From NCBI GenBank assembly GCA_035288465.1, contig DATEAH010000001.1, forward strand, positions 4,739-68,738: a stretch of 64,000 nucleotides of DNA, written 5' to 3'. The notes below the pieces were generated by a model. It worked only from the letters and a program-made list of their open reading frames with translations, ran no database searches and was not told the DNA's origin. The position numbers and the translations under genes are program-made. This document shows positions 37,153-47,883 of the stretch, one piece after another (position 1 is the first letter of the stretch; every line of letters begins with the position of its first letter). The DNA comes from Patescibacteria group bacterium (GTDB taxonomy: Bacteria; Patescibacteriota; UBA1384; DATEAH01).

Positions 37153-38847
37153 ATGAGTATTCTCAACCGTCGTTTAAATATAGTTTTTGCCATCATCATT
37201 ATAATTGGCCTAGGCTTGGTCCTTGGGCTTTTTAAAAAACAAGTTCTCCAAAATAATTACTACACTGCTTTAGCTAAAAAACAATATACTGTGACCAAAG
37301 ACTTAGTCGCCAACCGTGGCGAAATTTTTGTTTATGATCAAGGCGAAACTGAACCGCAAAAATTAGCCACCAATTTACATTTTTACGATTTGTTGATGGT
37401 GCCGAAAAATATTAAGAATCCCAAAGAAGTGGCGCGTAAATTATCCGGGTTAACGGGAATGACAGAAAAAGAAATTTACGATCAAATCAATAACAATAAA
37501 CCTTATATTCCGCCGGTGAAGAAAAAAATTGACACCGAAACTGCCAAAAAAATTGAAGATTTGAATATTAATGGGGTGATGTTAGTACCGAATATGTGGC
37601 GGTATTATCCCGAAAATAATTTAGCGAGTTTTGTTTTGGGTTTTGTTGATGCAGAAGGCGAGGGCAGATATGGCTTAGAAGGATATTATAACCAAGAATT
37701 AAAAGGCACCACAAATCAAATTGATGTTGAAAAAGATTTTTTTAATTCTAATAATTTTTTACTGAGTAATGAAAAAGCCTTTGACGGCTCAGATTTATAT
37801 TTATCGATAGATCGAACTATTCAGTATATCGCTGAACAAAAAATCAAAGAGGCGGTGGCTAAAAATCAAGCCGGTTCTGGATCGATATTAATTATGGATC
37901 CCAAAACTGGTAAAATTTTAGCCATGGCAGGATCTGCAGATTTTAATCCAAATTTATTTTTTGAACAAAAATCCGTGGATATTTTTAATAACCCGAATAC
38001 AGTTTATCCGTGGGAGCCGGGGAGTATTTTTAAACCAATCATAATGGCGGCGGCGATTGATACTGGTGAAGTTCAGCCTGACACAGAGGGTGTTTTTGGG
38101 TCTTCAGTTAAAGTCGGTTCATATACAATCAAAACTTCAACCGGTGAAGCTTATGGCCGGGAAACAATGACTCAAGTATTGGAAAACTCAGACAATGTGG
38201 CGATGGTTTGGTTGGGAAATTTACTCGGTAAGGAGATTTTATATAAATATGTTCGAGACTTTGGCTTTGGCCAAAAAACTCAAATTGATCTTGACGGAGA
38301 AACTCCCGGAGAAATTCCGGAATTAAAAAATTGGCGACCAATCAATTTAGCGACGGCTTCGTTTGGACAAGGGATTTCGACCACGCCAATTCAAATTGCA
38401 ACGGCATACAGCGCAATCGCAAATAAGGGCAATTTAATGCAACCTGAGGTGGTAGAAAAAATAGTGGGACCAAATAATGAAACAATTGTTCGTAAACCAA
38501 AAATTGTGAGAAGGATAATTTCTGAAGAGACCGCTAAAAAAATAACCGAGATGATGATTTCAGTAGTTGAGCGTGGTCATGGTAAGAAGGCTAGGGTGGC
38601 AGGTTATTGGGTGGCTGGAAAAACTGGCACAGCACAAATTCCAGATCCTGACAAGGCCGGATACCTTGAAGATGCAAATATTGGCTCATTTGCAGGTTTT
38701 GCGCCAGCTCATGATCCAAAATTCGCCATGATCGTGAAAATAGATCGACCTAAAAATGTCGAATGGGCAGAAAGTTCAGCCGCACCAGTTTTTGGTGAAA
38801 TGGCAGAATGGCTTTTAAATTATTATCAAGTTCCCAAAGAAAGATAG
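37153..38847 (+). CDS. ftsI: Penicillin-binding protein, class B transpeptidase (FtsI/PBP2B-like)
   Basis: SIFK (SxxK), SDN, and KTGT motifs. N-terminal TM anchor. Confidence 0.85.
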   Translation: MSILNRRLNIVFAIIIIIGLGLVLGLFKKQVLQNNYYTALAKKQYTVTKDLVANRGEIFVYDQGETEPQKLATNLHFYDLLMVPKNIKNPKEVARKLSGLTGMTEKEIYDQINNNKPYIPPVKKKIDTETAKKIEDLNINGVMLVPNMWRYYPENNLASFVLGFVDAEGEGRYGLEGYYNQELKGTTNQIDVEKDFFNSNNFLLSNEKAFDGSDLYLSIDRTIQYIAEQKIKEAVAKNQAGSGSILIMDPKTGKILAMAGSADFNPNLFFEQKSVDIFNNPNTVYPWEPGSIFKPIIMAAAIDTGEVQPDTEGVFGSSVKVGSYTIKTSTGEAYGRETMTQVLENSDNVAMVWLGNLLGKEILYKYVRDFGFGQKTQIDLDGETPGEIPELKNWRPINLATASFGQGISTTPIQIATAYSAIANKGNLMQPEVVEKIVGPNNETIVRKPKIVRRIISEETAKKITEMMISVVERGHGKKARVAGYWVAGKTGTAQIPDPDKAGYLEDANIGSFAGFAPAHDPKFAMIVKIDRPKNVEWAESSAAPVFGEMAEWLLNYYQVPKER

Positions 38848-38912
38848 TAAATTAGCTTGAATTTTGGTTAATTTTAGGATATAATTAGCAAATATCAAAT
38901 AAAGTAATTTCC

Positions 38913-40010
38913 ATGAAAAAAATTTATCTAAATTTTTTATTTTGGCTCTTAAAATTAGAAAGCCATGCCATAATTCGCAAGTTCAAACCAGAAATTATTG
39001 GTATTACGGGCAGTATTGCTAAAAGCAGTACCAAAGAGGCGGTTTTTGCAGTTTTAGAAATAAAATTTGGTCAACAAATTTATCGAAATTTTGGGAATTT
39101 GAATAACGAACTGGGTTTACCTTTAGCGATTTTGGGAATTGCTCGGACACCTGAAAAATGGCAATGGTGGCAGGTTTTAGTTTCGGGGATTAACAAATAT
39201 CTTTTTTCTAAAAAATACCCGAAAGTTTTGGTTTTAGAAATGGCGGCTGATAAACCCGGTGACATTGATTATTTACTTTCAATTGTAAAGCCTCGTGTGG
39301 GGATTGTAACTGCTGTCGGTCCGACACATTTGATGAATTTTAAATCAGTGGAAAATGTGGCGCGCGAAAAGGCGAAATTAGTGCAAAATTTACCCAAAAA
39401 TGGATTTGCAATTCTGAATGAGGATGATTCGCGAGTTATGGCCATGGCTGAAAATCTCAAAGCTAAGGTAATAACCTTTCGATCGGATGGATTTAATTTA
39501 GCTAAAAATGCGGCCAAAAAAGTAGCGCAGATTTATCAAATTGATCCTGAGAAATCCGAACAAGTCTTAAAAAACTTAGCACCACTTGTGGGTAGGTTTA
39601 ATTTGCTGAGAGGGGTGAGAAATAGTAAAATTATAGATGATGCTTATAATTCAAATCCGCTGTCGTGTTCCTTGGCTTTAGATATGTTGGCGCAAACCGA
39701 AGCTGGCAGAAAAATCGCAGTTTTAGGTGATATGATGGAATTGGGAAGTTATAAAAAAAAAGGGCATAAGGAAATTGCCCAAAAAGCTCGAAAGATAGCC
39801 GATGTTTTAGTGTTGGTCGGGCCGAATTTTGAATTTTACAAAAAAGCTGATTTTTGGTTTGCAGATTCAAAAAAGGCGGTAGCAAGAATTTCCAAGTTAG
39901 TTCGTGAAGATGATTTAGTTCTAGTTAAGGGTTCGCACAGCTTAAAAATGGAAGAGGTAGTGGCAGCATTGTCCACAAAGGAGTCAAAATGTCAGAATTT
40001 ATCAGTTTAG
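38913..40010 (+). CDS. murF: UDP-N-acetylmuramoyl-tripeptide--D-alanyl-D-alanine ligase-like Mur ligase (short N-terminus, variant P-loop)
   Basis: KPRVGIVTAVGPTHL and DDAYNSNPLS are MurF-like. The P-loop reads GITGSIAKSSTKE instead of GxTGTNGKTT. 365 aa, so it lacks the usual N-terminal domain. Confidence 0.7.
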   Translation: MKKIYLNFLFWLLKLESHAIIRKFKPEIIGITGSIAKSSTKEAVFAVLEIKFGQQIYRNFGNLNNELGLPLAILGIARTPEKWQWWQVLVSGINKYLFSKKYPKVLVLEMAADKPGDIDYLLSIVKPRVGIVTAVGPTHLMNFKSVENVAREKAKLVQNLPKNGFAILNEDDSRVMAMAENLKAKVITFRSDGFNLAKNAAKKVAQIYQIDPEKSEQVLKNLAPLVGRFNLLRGVRNSKIIDDAYNSNPLSCSLALDMLAQTEAGRKIAVLGDMMELGSYKKKGHKEIAQKARKIADVLVLVGPNFEFYKKADFWFADSKKAVARISKLVREDDLVLVKGSHSLKMEEVVAALSTKESKCQNLSV

Positions 40011-40999
40011 ACGTTGCTAATTTAATGAGAATTTTTGGTTATACCGCTTTATCCTTCGTGATTGCGGTGGCTTGGACACCTTTATTGAGTCGTCTCTTAT
40101 ATAAATATCATGCAGCAAAGCATATCAAAAAAGCCGATAGCCCGGTTTATAATAAACTACATCAAGGGAAAGAAAATACCCCAGTGTTGGGTGGATTATT
40201 AATTTGGGTGACAACTTTAGTTTTGACTTTAGTTTTTAATTTAAGTCGATCGCAAACTTATTTGCCTCTTTTTGCACTCATTAGTTTTGCGCTTTTGGGC
40301 GCTTTTGATGATTATTTGAATATTCGCCAAGTCGGTCCTTTTAAAGGCATGCGCGGTCGTCATAAATTCATCTGGCAGCTGGTAATTGCAATTTTGGGCG
40401 CTTGGTGGTTTTATTATAAGCTAGGTTGGAATTTTATTCATATCCCGGGTGTAGGTGATTTCACGATCGGTTTGTGGTATTTACCACTTTTTGTTTTTGT
40501 CATTGTGGGTATGAGCAACGCCGTCAATATTACTGATGGCTTAGACGGCTTAGCGGGTGGATTATCGGCAATTGTTTTATTTGTATTAGGGGGAATTGCT
40601 TTTATTGAAGGCCATTTTGGTTTAGCTATTTTTTGTGGCACCTTAGTCGGGGCGACTTTGGCTTTTGTGTGGTTTAATATCTTTCCAGCGAGATTTTTTA
40701 TGGGTGATACCGGTTCATTAGCCTTGGGAGCGACAATTGGTGTGGTGGCGATGTTGACTGATACTATCGTGGTCTTGCCGGTGATTGCCTTTATCTTTGT
40801 AATTGAAACCTTATCAGTTATTATTCAAGTAACATATCGAAAAATTACTGGTGGTAAAAAAATCTTTTTATCATCGCCATTTCACCACCATTTAGAAGCA
40901 AAGGGTTGGCCAGAACCGAAAGTCGTGATGAGATTTTGGGTCCTAGGTTCGGTAATGGCATTTTTAGGATTTTTTATTGCCTTAATTGGTCGTGGTTGA
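39989..40999 (+). CDS. mraY: Phospho-N-acetylmuramoyl-pentapeptide transferase
   Basis: DDYLNIRQ, NAVNITDGLDGLAGG, and the 10-TM architecture. Confidence 0.9.
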   Translation: MSEFISLDVANLMRIFGYTALSFVIAVAWTPLLSRLLYKYHAAKHIKKADSPVYNKLHQGKENTPVLGGLLIWVTTLVLTLVFNLSRSQTYLPLFALISFALLGAFDDYLNIRQVGPFKGMRGRHKFIWQLVIAILGAWWFYYKLGWNFIHIPGVGDFTIGLWYLPLFVFVIVGMSNAVNITDGLDGLAGGLSAIVLFVLGGIAFIEGHFGLAIFCGTLVGATLAFVWFNIFPARFFMGDTGSLALGATIGVVAMLTDTIVVLPVIAFIFVIETLSVIIQVTYRKITGGKKIFLSSPFHHHLEAKGWPEPKVVMRFWVLGSVMAFLGFFIALIGRG

Positions 41000-41031
41000 A
41001 GAGCTGAGACTAAGATTAGGAAAGAGGTTTT

Positions 41032-42474
41032 ATGGATTTTAATAATAAAAACGTGACGGTGATGGGTTTGGGAACACATGGCGGTGGTGAAGGCTTGGTA
41101 AGATATTTGGCCAATCAAAAGGCAAAAGTGTTGGTAACTGATTTAAAAACTAAACTCGAGCTTAAACCGACATTAGATAAACTTGCTGATTTAAAAAATG
41201 TAGAATATCATTTAGGCGAACATCGTTGGTCAGATTTTAAAAATGCAAAAATGATTTTTATAAATCAAGCGATTCCGAAACATTCTTTATGGATAAAAAA
41301 GATTATTAAGGCTGAAATCCCAGTTTCGTCAGAAACTAATTTATTTTTTGAAAATTGCCCGGCACAAATTATTGGTGTGACAGGAACTAATGGAAAATCT
41401 ACGACTTGTCATTTAATTTTTGAAATTTTGAAAAATAAATATCAGCCAATATTTTCCTTAGATTCAAATCGGGAATATGGCTCTAAACAGAATCGAATTT
41501 ATTTTGGTGGCAATATTGGTGGTTCATTATTGGGGCATCTGGATAAAATTTCTAAAAATGATTTGGTTTTATTAGAGCTTTCGAGCTACCAACTTCAAGA
41601 TTTAGCCCAAATTAAAAAAAGTCCGCATATCTCAGTTATCTTAAATATCACCCCAGATCATTTAGATATTCACCGCAGTTTTGCAGATTATGTCGCCGCA
41701 AAAAGTAATATTTTAAAATTTCAAGGCCATCACGATTTTGCGATTTTAAATTTTGATCAGCCAATAATTAAAAAACTAGCCCAAAAAAATCTCAGCCACA
41801 ATTTATTTTTTAGTGCAAATGAAAAAAACTCAACTTCAAGTTATTTTGATCAAGGTCAATTAATGATTAAATTTATGAGCAAACAATATCAATTAGGATC
41901 TGTTAAGAATTTGAAAATGATTGGCAAACATAATTTAGAGAATATAATGGCGGCAAGTTTGGTGGGAATTTTATATCAAATTAAACCTGAAGAAATATAT
42001 CAATCACTAATAAAATTTCCAGGCCTTGAACATCGGATAGAATTTGTTGGCGAAAAACTAAATCGCAAATTTTACAATGATTCAAAATCCACCACTCCTG
42101 AATCAACAATCGCCGCTCTATATAGTTTTGATGAACCATTGATTTTAATTTGTGGTGGCAAAGATAAAAATTTTGATTTTTCTAAATTAGCCAAAACTAT
42201 TTTATGCAAAGTAAAGTTTTTAATTTTATTGGGTGAAAGTGCGACGCAAATAAAACGGGAGGTTGAAAAATATTTACGTCAGCCAAATTCAGTTTTAAAA
42301 AATATCATTGTTGCTAAAAATTTAAAAGAAGCCTTTGAAAAAGCAAACCAAATTTCGATTGCCAAAGATATAATTTTATTATCACCGGCATGTTCGAGTT
42401 TGGATCAATTTCATGATTTTGAGGAGCGAGGTAAATTATTTAAAAAATTGGTCGAGGAGATAAAAAATGATTAA
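41032..42474 (+). CDS. murD: UDP-N-acetylmuramoylalanine--D-glutamate ligase
   Basis: N-terminal Rossmann VTVMGLGTHGGG and P-loop IIGVTGTNGKSTT. Confidence 0.85.
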   Translation: MDFNNKNVTVMGLGTHGGGEGLVRYLANQKAKVLVTDLKTKLELKPTLDKLADLKNVEYHLGEHRWSDFKNAKMIFINQAIPKHSLWIKKIIKAEIPVSSETNLFFENCPAQIIGVTGTNGKSTTCHLIFEILKNKYQPIFSLDSNREYGSKQNRIYFGGNIGGSLLGHLDKISKNDLVLLELSSYQLQDLAQIKKSPHISVILNITPDHLDIHRSFADYVAAKSNILKFQGHHDFAILNFDQPIIKKLAQKNLSHNLFFSANEKNSTSSYFDQGQLMIKFMSKQYQLGSVKNLKMIGKHNLENIMAASLVGILYQIKPEEIYQSLIKFPGLEHRIEFVGEKLNRKFYNDSKSTTPESTIAALYSFDEPLILICGGKDKNFDFSKLAKTILCKVKFLILLGESATQIKREVEKYLRQPNSVLKNIIVAKNLKEAFEKANQISIAKDIILLSPACSSLDQFHDFEERGKLFKKLVEEIKND

Positions 42475-43585
42475 TCATGCCCGCAAAAAACCAGATTTTT
42501 CTATTGCTCTCATTGTTTTTGGATTAGTGGTTTTAGGTTTGGTAATGATTACCTCAGCCTCAATTGTCAGATCATATCAAATCACCGAAGGAAAATCGAA
42601 TTATTATTTTTTGGTGAGGCAGCTATTGGCCTTTGGAATCGGGATTATTTTTTGGGTTATTTTTTATAATATTGATTTTAATTTTTGGAAGAAAGTATCA
42701 CCTTATCTATTTTCGATCAGTTTAATTTTATTGATGTTAGTTTTTTTTCCAACAATTGGTAAAAATATCGGCGGAGCGCATCGTTGGATTAATTTGGGGC
42801 CATTATCTTTTCAACCATCTGAAATTATGAAATTAGCCCTAATTTTATATTTTGCCGGTTGGCTTGATAAAAAAACCAGTGACGTGGCAAGTTTTTGGAA
42901 GACGTTTTTGCCTTTCGCCGCAATATTGACTTTGACCCTTTTTTTGGTAATGAGAGAACCTGATATGGGGACAGCGGTTATTTTGGCGGCAATTGGATTT
43001 GGGATTTATTTTATGGCTGGCGCCAAGCTTTGGCACCTTTCCTTATTTATTCCTATAATTGGTATTGTGGGATGGATATTAATTAAAAGTGAACCATATC
43101 GTTGGGCACGGGTGATTGCCTTTATTAACCCTGGCAAAGATGTTTTAGGAGTTTCGTACCATATCAACCAAACCTTAATTGCGATTGGTTCTGGTGGTTG
43201 GTGGGGTTTAGGCTTTGGAAATAGCCGACAAAAATATAATTATTTACCCGAGGCTCATACTGACTCTATCTACGCCATAATTTGTGAGGAGTTTGGGTTT
43301 TTGCGGGCAGTGTTGGTAATTTTAGCTTTTATCTTTTTTGCAATTCGGGGTTTGGCAATTGTTAAGAGAGCCCCAAATAATTATGGTCGATTATTGGCTT
43401 CAGGAATAATTATTTGGTTTGTAGGGCAAGCTTTTATTAATTTGGCGGTGATGCTGGGATTTTTACCTTTTACGGGTGTGCCTTTACCATTTATTAGTTT
43501 TGGAGGTACTTCTTTGGTAATTTCTCTGGCGGCAGTGGGAATTTTAATGAATATTTCCAAGCATACCGTCGAGAAAAAACATTAA
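42467..43585 (+). CDS. ftsW: Cell division protein FtsW (SEDS family)
   Basis: 10-TM SEDS architecture with conserved ...PEAHTDSIYA... segment. Confidence 0.85.
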   Translation: MINHARKKPDFSIALIVFGLVVLGLVMITSASIVRSYQITEGKSNYYFLVRQLLAFGIGIIFWVIFYNIDFNFWKKVSPYLFSISLILLMLVFFPTIGKNIGGAHRWINLGPLSFQPSEIMKLALILYFAGWLDKKTSDVASFWKTFLPFAAILTLTLFLVMREPDMGTAVILAAIGFGIYFMAGAKLWHLSLFIPIIGIVGWILIKSEPYRWARVIAFINPGKDVLGVSYHINQTLIAIGSGGWWGLGFGNSRQKYNYLPEAHTDSIYAIICEEFGFLRAVLVILAFIFFAIRGLAIVKRAPNNYGRLLASGIIIWFVGQAFINLAVMLGFLPFTGVPLPFISFGGTSLVISLAAVGILMNISKHTVEKKH

Positions 43586-43600
43586 TTTAGGATTTATAAA

Positions 43601-44710
43601 ATGAAGGTTTTAAAGAAAATTGTTTTAACTGGCGGAGGGACCGCAGGTCATATTCGACCAACTTTAAGCGTGGCTGATGAAATTAAAAAAATTGATCCTG
43701 AGATTGAATTTATTTATATTGGTTTAAAATCGGGCATGGAAGCTAAGATTGTCTCAGGGACTGATTTTAAATTTTATGGAATTCATGCCGGAAAAATTAA
43801 AAGATATTGGTCCGGAAGTAATTTTCTAACACCTTTAGTGGTGATTTTGGGTTTTTTCGAATCTCTTTCGATTTTACTTCGAGAAAAGCCTCAAGCAATT
43901 TTTGCTAAAGGCGGATATGTAACCGTGCCGGTAGCAATGGCTGGCTGGTTTTTAAAAATTCCGATTTTAATTCATGAATCAGATAGTGTGATGGGTTTGT
44001 CAAATAAATTTCTGTCCAGATTGGCAAAAAAAGTTGCCACCGTCTTTCCAGCTTCGAGTTATTCTAAAAAAATTCAACCAAAAATTATTTGGTCAGGGTT
44101 ACCAATTAAAAAAGAAATCTTGAATTTACAAAAAAATAAAGCATATCAAATTTTTGGGCTATCCGACCAAATACCGATTACTTTAGTTTTTGGGGGTAGT
44201 CAAGGATCTTTTCGAATTAATGAATTAATATTGAAAAATTTGAAAAAATTATTAAGCATTACTCAGATTTTGCATTTTACGGGAGTGGAAGATTTTGAAA
44301 GGGTGAATCAGAAAAGAAAACGATTAGCCACAGAATTAAAAGAACGATATCAAATTTTTGATTTTTCCGAAGAAATTTATTATGGTTTAAAAGCAGCCAA
44401 TTTAGTGATTGCGCGAGCCGGTGCTTCATCTTTATCGGAAATATCTGCATTCGGCAAAGCCTCAATTATTATTCCTTTGCCAACCTCGGCGGCAAACCAT
44501 CAAGTATCAAATGCCGAAATTTATCGTGAGGCAAAAGCGGCCGTAGTTCTCAAAGAAGAAAATTTAAGCGCCAATTCATTTTTAAAGAAAGTCCAAAGTT
44601 TGATTTCTCGACCATTTTTATTAGAACAATTAGGCAAAAATGCAAATTCATTATATAAAGCCAATGCCGCCACGACGATTGCTAAAAACGTGCTCGATCT
44701 CATTAAATAA
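43601..44710 (+). CDS. murG: UDP-N-acetylglucosamine--N-acetylmuramyl-(pentapeptide) pyrophosphoryl-undecaprenol GlcNAc transferase
   Basis: N-terminal LTGGGTAGHIRP (GGTGGH motif). Confidence 0.85.
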   Translation: MKVLKKIVLTGGGTAGHIRPTLSVADEIKKIDPEIEFIYIGLKSGMEAKIVSGTDFKFYGIHAGKIKRYWSGSNFLTPLVVILGFFESLSILLREKPQAIFAKGGYVTVPVAMAGWFLKIPILIHESDSVMGLSNKFLSRLAKKVATVFPASSYSKKIQPKIIWSGLPIKKEILNLQKNKAYQIFGLSDQIPITLVFGGSQGSFRINELILKNLKKLLSITQILHFTGVEDFERVNQKRKRLATELKERYQIFDFSEEIYYGLKAANLVIARAGASSLSEISAFGKASIIIPLPTSAANHQVSNAEIYREAKAAVVLKEENLSANSFLKKVQSLISRPFLLEQLGKNANSLYKANAATTIAKNVLDLIK

Positions 44711-44753
44711 AACCTAAAAATGTGCTATAATTTGAGCAGAAGGAGTTTTTAAA

Positions 44754-46064
44754 ATGCGCTATTTTTTAATTGGGATTGGAGGCATTTCGATGTCTGCCAT
44801 TGCCAAATATTTAATTTTGAGAGGCGAACAGGTTTCAGGTTCGGATATTCGAGAAAACAATGAAATTAAGAATCTTGAAAAAATGGGTGCAAATATTGTA
44901 ATTGGTCAAAAACCGGCAAATATTACTAATAATATTGACGAAGTGATTTTTACTTCAGCGATTACTCCAAATTCTGTGGGGCACACAGAGTTACAAAGAG
45001 CTAAGAAAATGAAAATCCCTACCTACAAGCGTTCAGTTTTTTTAGGCAAACTAATATCAGACAACTTTGGTATTACTGTTTCCGGAATGCACGGCAAAAC
45101 CACTACCACCGCAATGCTGGGTTTTGTTTTGAAAAAATTAAACCAAAATCCAACAGTTTTTGTGGGTGGGGAATTTAGACCTTTTTCAAATTCAAATTTA
45201 GAATTTAATAAAAAGTCAAAATATTTTATTACTGAAGGTTGTGAATATGACCGAAGTTTTTTGGATTTTCAAAATCTGGCCGCAATTATTTTAAATATTG
45301 AACCTGAACATTTAGATTATTTTCAGGGGGGATTGCCGGAAATTTTAAAAACTTTTCGTATATTCCTATCCAAAATACCAAAAACCGGTTTTGCGGTTTT
45401 GTGCTGGGATAATGAAAATGTTAGAAAAATGGCCAACTCCGCTAAATGTGAAATTATAAAATATTCAAAAAAAGATTTATCTAAGTACAATTTACATTTA
45501 CAAATTCCAGGTGAACATAATTTAATGAATGCCTTGGCGGTCATTAAAGTTGTTGAAAAATTAGGTTTATCGGTTTCGGAAGCTGAAAAAATTTTATCTG
45601 AATTTCCTGGAGTAGGTCGTAGATTTGAACATTTGGGGAAAATTGGTAAAACTGATTTTATTGATGATTATGCACATCATCCTACAGAAATTGCGGCAAC
45701 CCTGAAAGTGGTTGAGCAGAAATATTCTGGAAAAAAAGTTTTAGTAATTTTTCAACCCCATCAGTATTCGCGAACCCGTTTATTATTTGATGATTTTGTG
45801 AAAATTTTTTCTGGTGTCGAAAATTTAGCGATTATGTCGGTTTATGAGGTGGTCGGTCGTGAAGAAGATAAGAGCGTTGGTGTTCAAGAATTAGCTGGGG
45901 CAATTTCTAAGTCATCAGCGAGAAAAATTCAGGTTTTTCGCGATCAAAAAGAGGTATTAAAATATTTAGTGCAAAATTATCAAAAATATGATCTAGTTGT
46001 CACCATGGGTGCGGGAATATTAGACTTGGTCGCTAAAAAGTTTATCGCCCAACATCAGATTTAA
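44754..46064 (+). CDS. murC: UDP-N-acetylmuramate--L-alanine ligase
   Basis: IGIGGISMSAIAKYL and P-loop VSGMHGKTTTTAM. Confidence 0.85.
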   Translation: MRYFLIGIGGISMSAIAKYLILRGEQVSGSDIRENNEIKNLEKMGANIVIGQKPANITNNIDEVIFTSAITPNSVGHTELQRAKKMKIPTYKRSVFLGKLISDNFGITVSGMHGKTTTTAMLGFVLKKLNQNPTVFVGGEFRPFSNSNLEFNKKSKYFITEGCEYDRSFLDFQNLAAIILNIEPEHLDYFQGGLPEILKTFRIFLSKIPKTGFAVLCWDNENVRKMANSAKCEIIKYSKKDLSKYNLHLQIPGEHNLMNALAVIKVVEKLGLSVSEAEKILSEFPGVGRRFEHLGKIGKTDFIDDYAHHPTEIAATLKVVEQKYSGKKVLVIFQPHQYSRTRLLFDDFVKIFSGVENLAIMSVYEVVGREEDKSVGVQELAGAISKSSARKIQVFRDQKEVLKYLVQNYQKYDLVVTMGAGILDLVAKKFIAQHQI

Positions 46065-46097
46065 TCAATTTAAATAAATATCATTTTTAGGAAAATT

Positions 46098-47117
46098 ATG
46101 GAAATTAAATCATTATTAAAAGAAAAATTAGGTTCAAAATTAAAATTCAAAGAACCAATGCGCAAACATACTACCATCAAAATTGGGGGGCCGGCCGAAT
46201 ATTTTTATCATACCCCGGATTCTAATGAATTAATTGCGGCCGTAAAATTTGCCCACGAAAAAGAAATACCCTATTTGGTGATTGGTGAAGGTAGCAATAT
46301 TTTGGTTTCTGATGCGGGTTTTGAGGGCTTGATTATTAAAAATGAAACCGCTAAATTGGTTTTTGGCCAGAATTCAGCTTTTGCCGAATCTGGGATTTTA
46401 CTTTTAAATTTAATTAGACGGTTAGCTGAATCAAACTTGGGTGGTTTAGAATTTTTAAGCGGGATTCCTGGGACTTTAGGCGGAGGAATTTACGGAAACG
46501 CTGGTGCATATGGAAAATGTTTAGCTGATGTGGTTGAAAGCGTGACGATTTTAGATTCAGATGGAGAGATTAAACAAATTGACAATAAGGATTTTGGTTT
46601 TAAATACCGCCAGTCGATATTAAAATCTCGTGCTAGTTTGAGCTCGAATAATTTCAAAAGACCGGTGATATTATCGGCTCGGATTAAGATAAAATCGCAA
46701 AGTCGCGAAGGGGTTTTAAGGGTTGTAGATAATTATTTAAGGATGCGATCAAAAAAAATTCCCTTAGAATCATCAGCCGGTTGTGTATTTAAAAATATCG
46801 AAACAGCACATCATCAAGTAGATCCGAGCATGCAAATGGTTGCCATTGAGGGTAAAATTCCCGCCGCACTTTTAATTGATAAAGCCGGAGCAAAAAAAGA
46901 GCGTTGTGGAAAATTAATAATTTCACCAAAGCATACTAACTTTATTATTAATCGAGGTGGGGGGAAGGCTCGGGATTTTGTAGCGTTAGTCAAGAACGTA
47001 CAGCAAAAAATTAAAGAGAAATTTAATCTTGAGCTTGAAGAAGAAATTGAATTTCTAGGCAATATGGAAGTTAAAAAAAGTGGACTATTCTCTAAATTTA
47101 TCAAAAATAGGATTTAA
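46098..47117 (+). CDS. murB: UDP-N-acetylenolpyruvoylglucosamine reductase
   Basis: FAD-binding N-terminal domain ...HTTIKIGGPAEYF...VIGEGSNIL. Confidence 0.85.
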   Translation: MEIKSLLKEKLGSKLKFKEPMRKHTTIKIGGPAEYFYHTPDSNELIAAVKFAHEKEIPYLVIGEGSNILVSDAGFEGLIIKNETAKLVFGQNSAFAESGILLLNLIRRLAESNLGGLEFLSGIPGTLGGGIYGNAGAYGKCLADVVESVTILDSDGEIKQIDNKDFGFKYRQSILKSRASLSSNNFKRPVILSARIKIKSQSREGVLRVVDNYLRMRSKKIPLESSAGCVFKNIETAHHQVDPSMQMVAIEGKIPAALLIDKAGAKKERCGKLIISPKHTNFIINRGGGKARDFVALVKNVQQKIKEKFNLELEEEIEFLGNMEVKKSGLFSKFIKNRI

Positions 47118-47882
47118 ATGAGACGAGTTTATCACAATCCAAAAGTTTATACGTATAGACCAGCGAAAACCCGAGAACCTGTTGAGGTTTCACCAAAAAT
47201 TATCTGGTTTTTGTTATTGGGGATTCTGATTGTTGGATTAGTATATTTCTTTTTGTTTTCATCTTATTTTAAAATTAAAAATATTTATATCGAAGGGGCG
47301 GATCTTTTTGAGCCACAAATTTCGGAAATTGTTCATCAAAAAATAACGCAGCGGGATAATGTTTTTCTTTTTCCAAATAACGAAACACAACTGGAAATTT
47401 CCCAAAAATATCCAATTTTTAAAAAAATCGCAATTTATAAAGGAATTCCTGACGCGCTTAAAATTGTCTTGGAAAGAAGGGAAGCTAAATTGATAGTGAA
47501 ATTTAATGCTAATGATTATCTCGTTGATAGTGACGGGGTGACTTTTAAAATGGAGAAAAATCCTGAAAATTTACCGCAAATCGAGATCAATCGAGATACT
47601 AAACTTGGTGATAAAATTTTTACCCAAGATTTTGTGGGTTTTGTGAAGGATTTATGGACCAAATTTCCAAAAGAAACTGGTTTAAGCATTAAAAAAGTTT
47701 TAATTCCCGAAACTGATTTTGTGGTAGAAATTTATCCTGAAGCTAACTGGAAAGCAATTTTTGATAGCACTAAAAGTGTTGACAAGCAACTTTCGAATTT
47801 GAAATTATTATTACCAGAGATTCAAGGTCAAAAAATAGAATATATTGATTTAAGACTTGAAGAAAAAATTTATTATAAATAA
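47118..47882 (+). CDS. ftsQ: FtsQ/DivIB-like cell division protein
   Basis: N-terminal TM helix then a POTRA-like region. Position after murB. Confidence 0.55.
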   Translation: MRRVYHNPKVYTYRPAKTREPVEVSPKIIWFLLLGILIVGLVYFFLFSSYFKIKNIYIEGADLFEPQISEIVHQKITQRDNVFLFPNNETQLEISQKYPIFKKIAIYKGIPDALKIVLERREAKLIVKFNANDYLVDSDGVTFKMEKNPENLPQIEINRDTKLGDKIFTQDFVGFVKDLWTKFPKETGLSIKKVLIPETDFVVEIYPEANWKAIFDSTKSVDKQLSNLKLLLPEIQGQKIEYIDLRLEEKIYYK

Positions 47883-47883
47883 A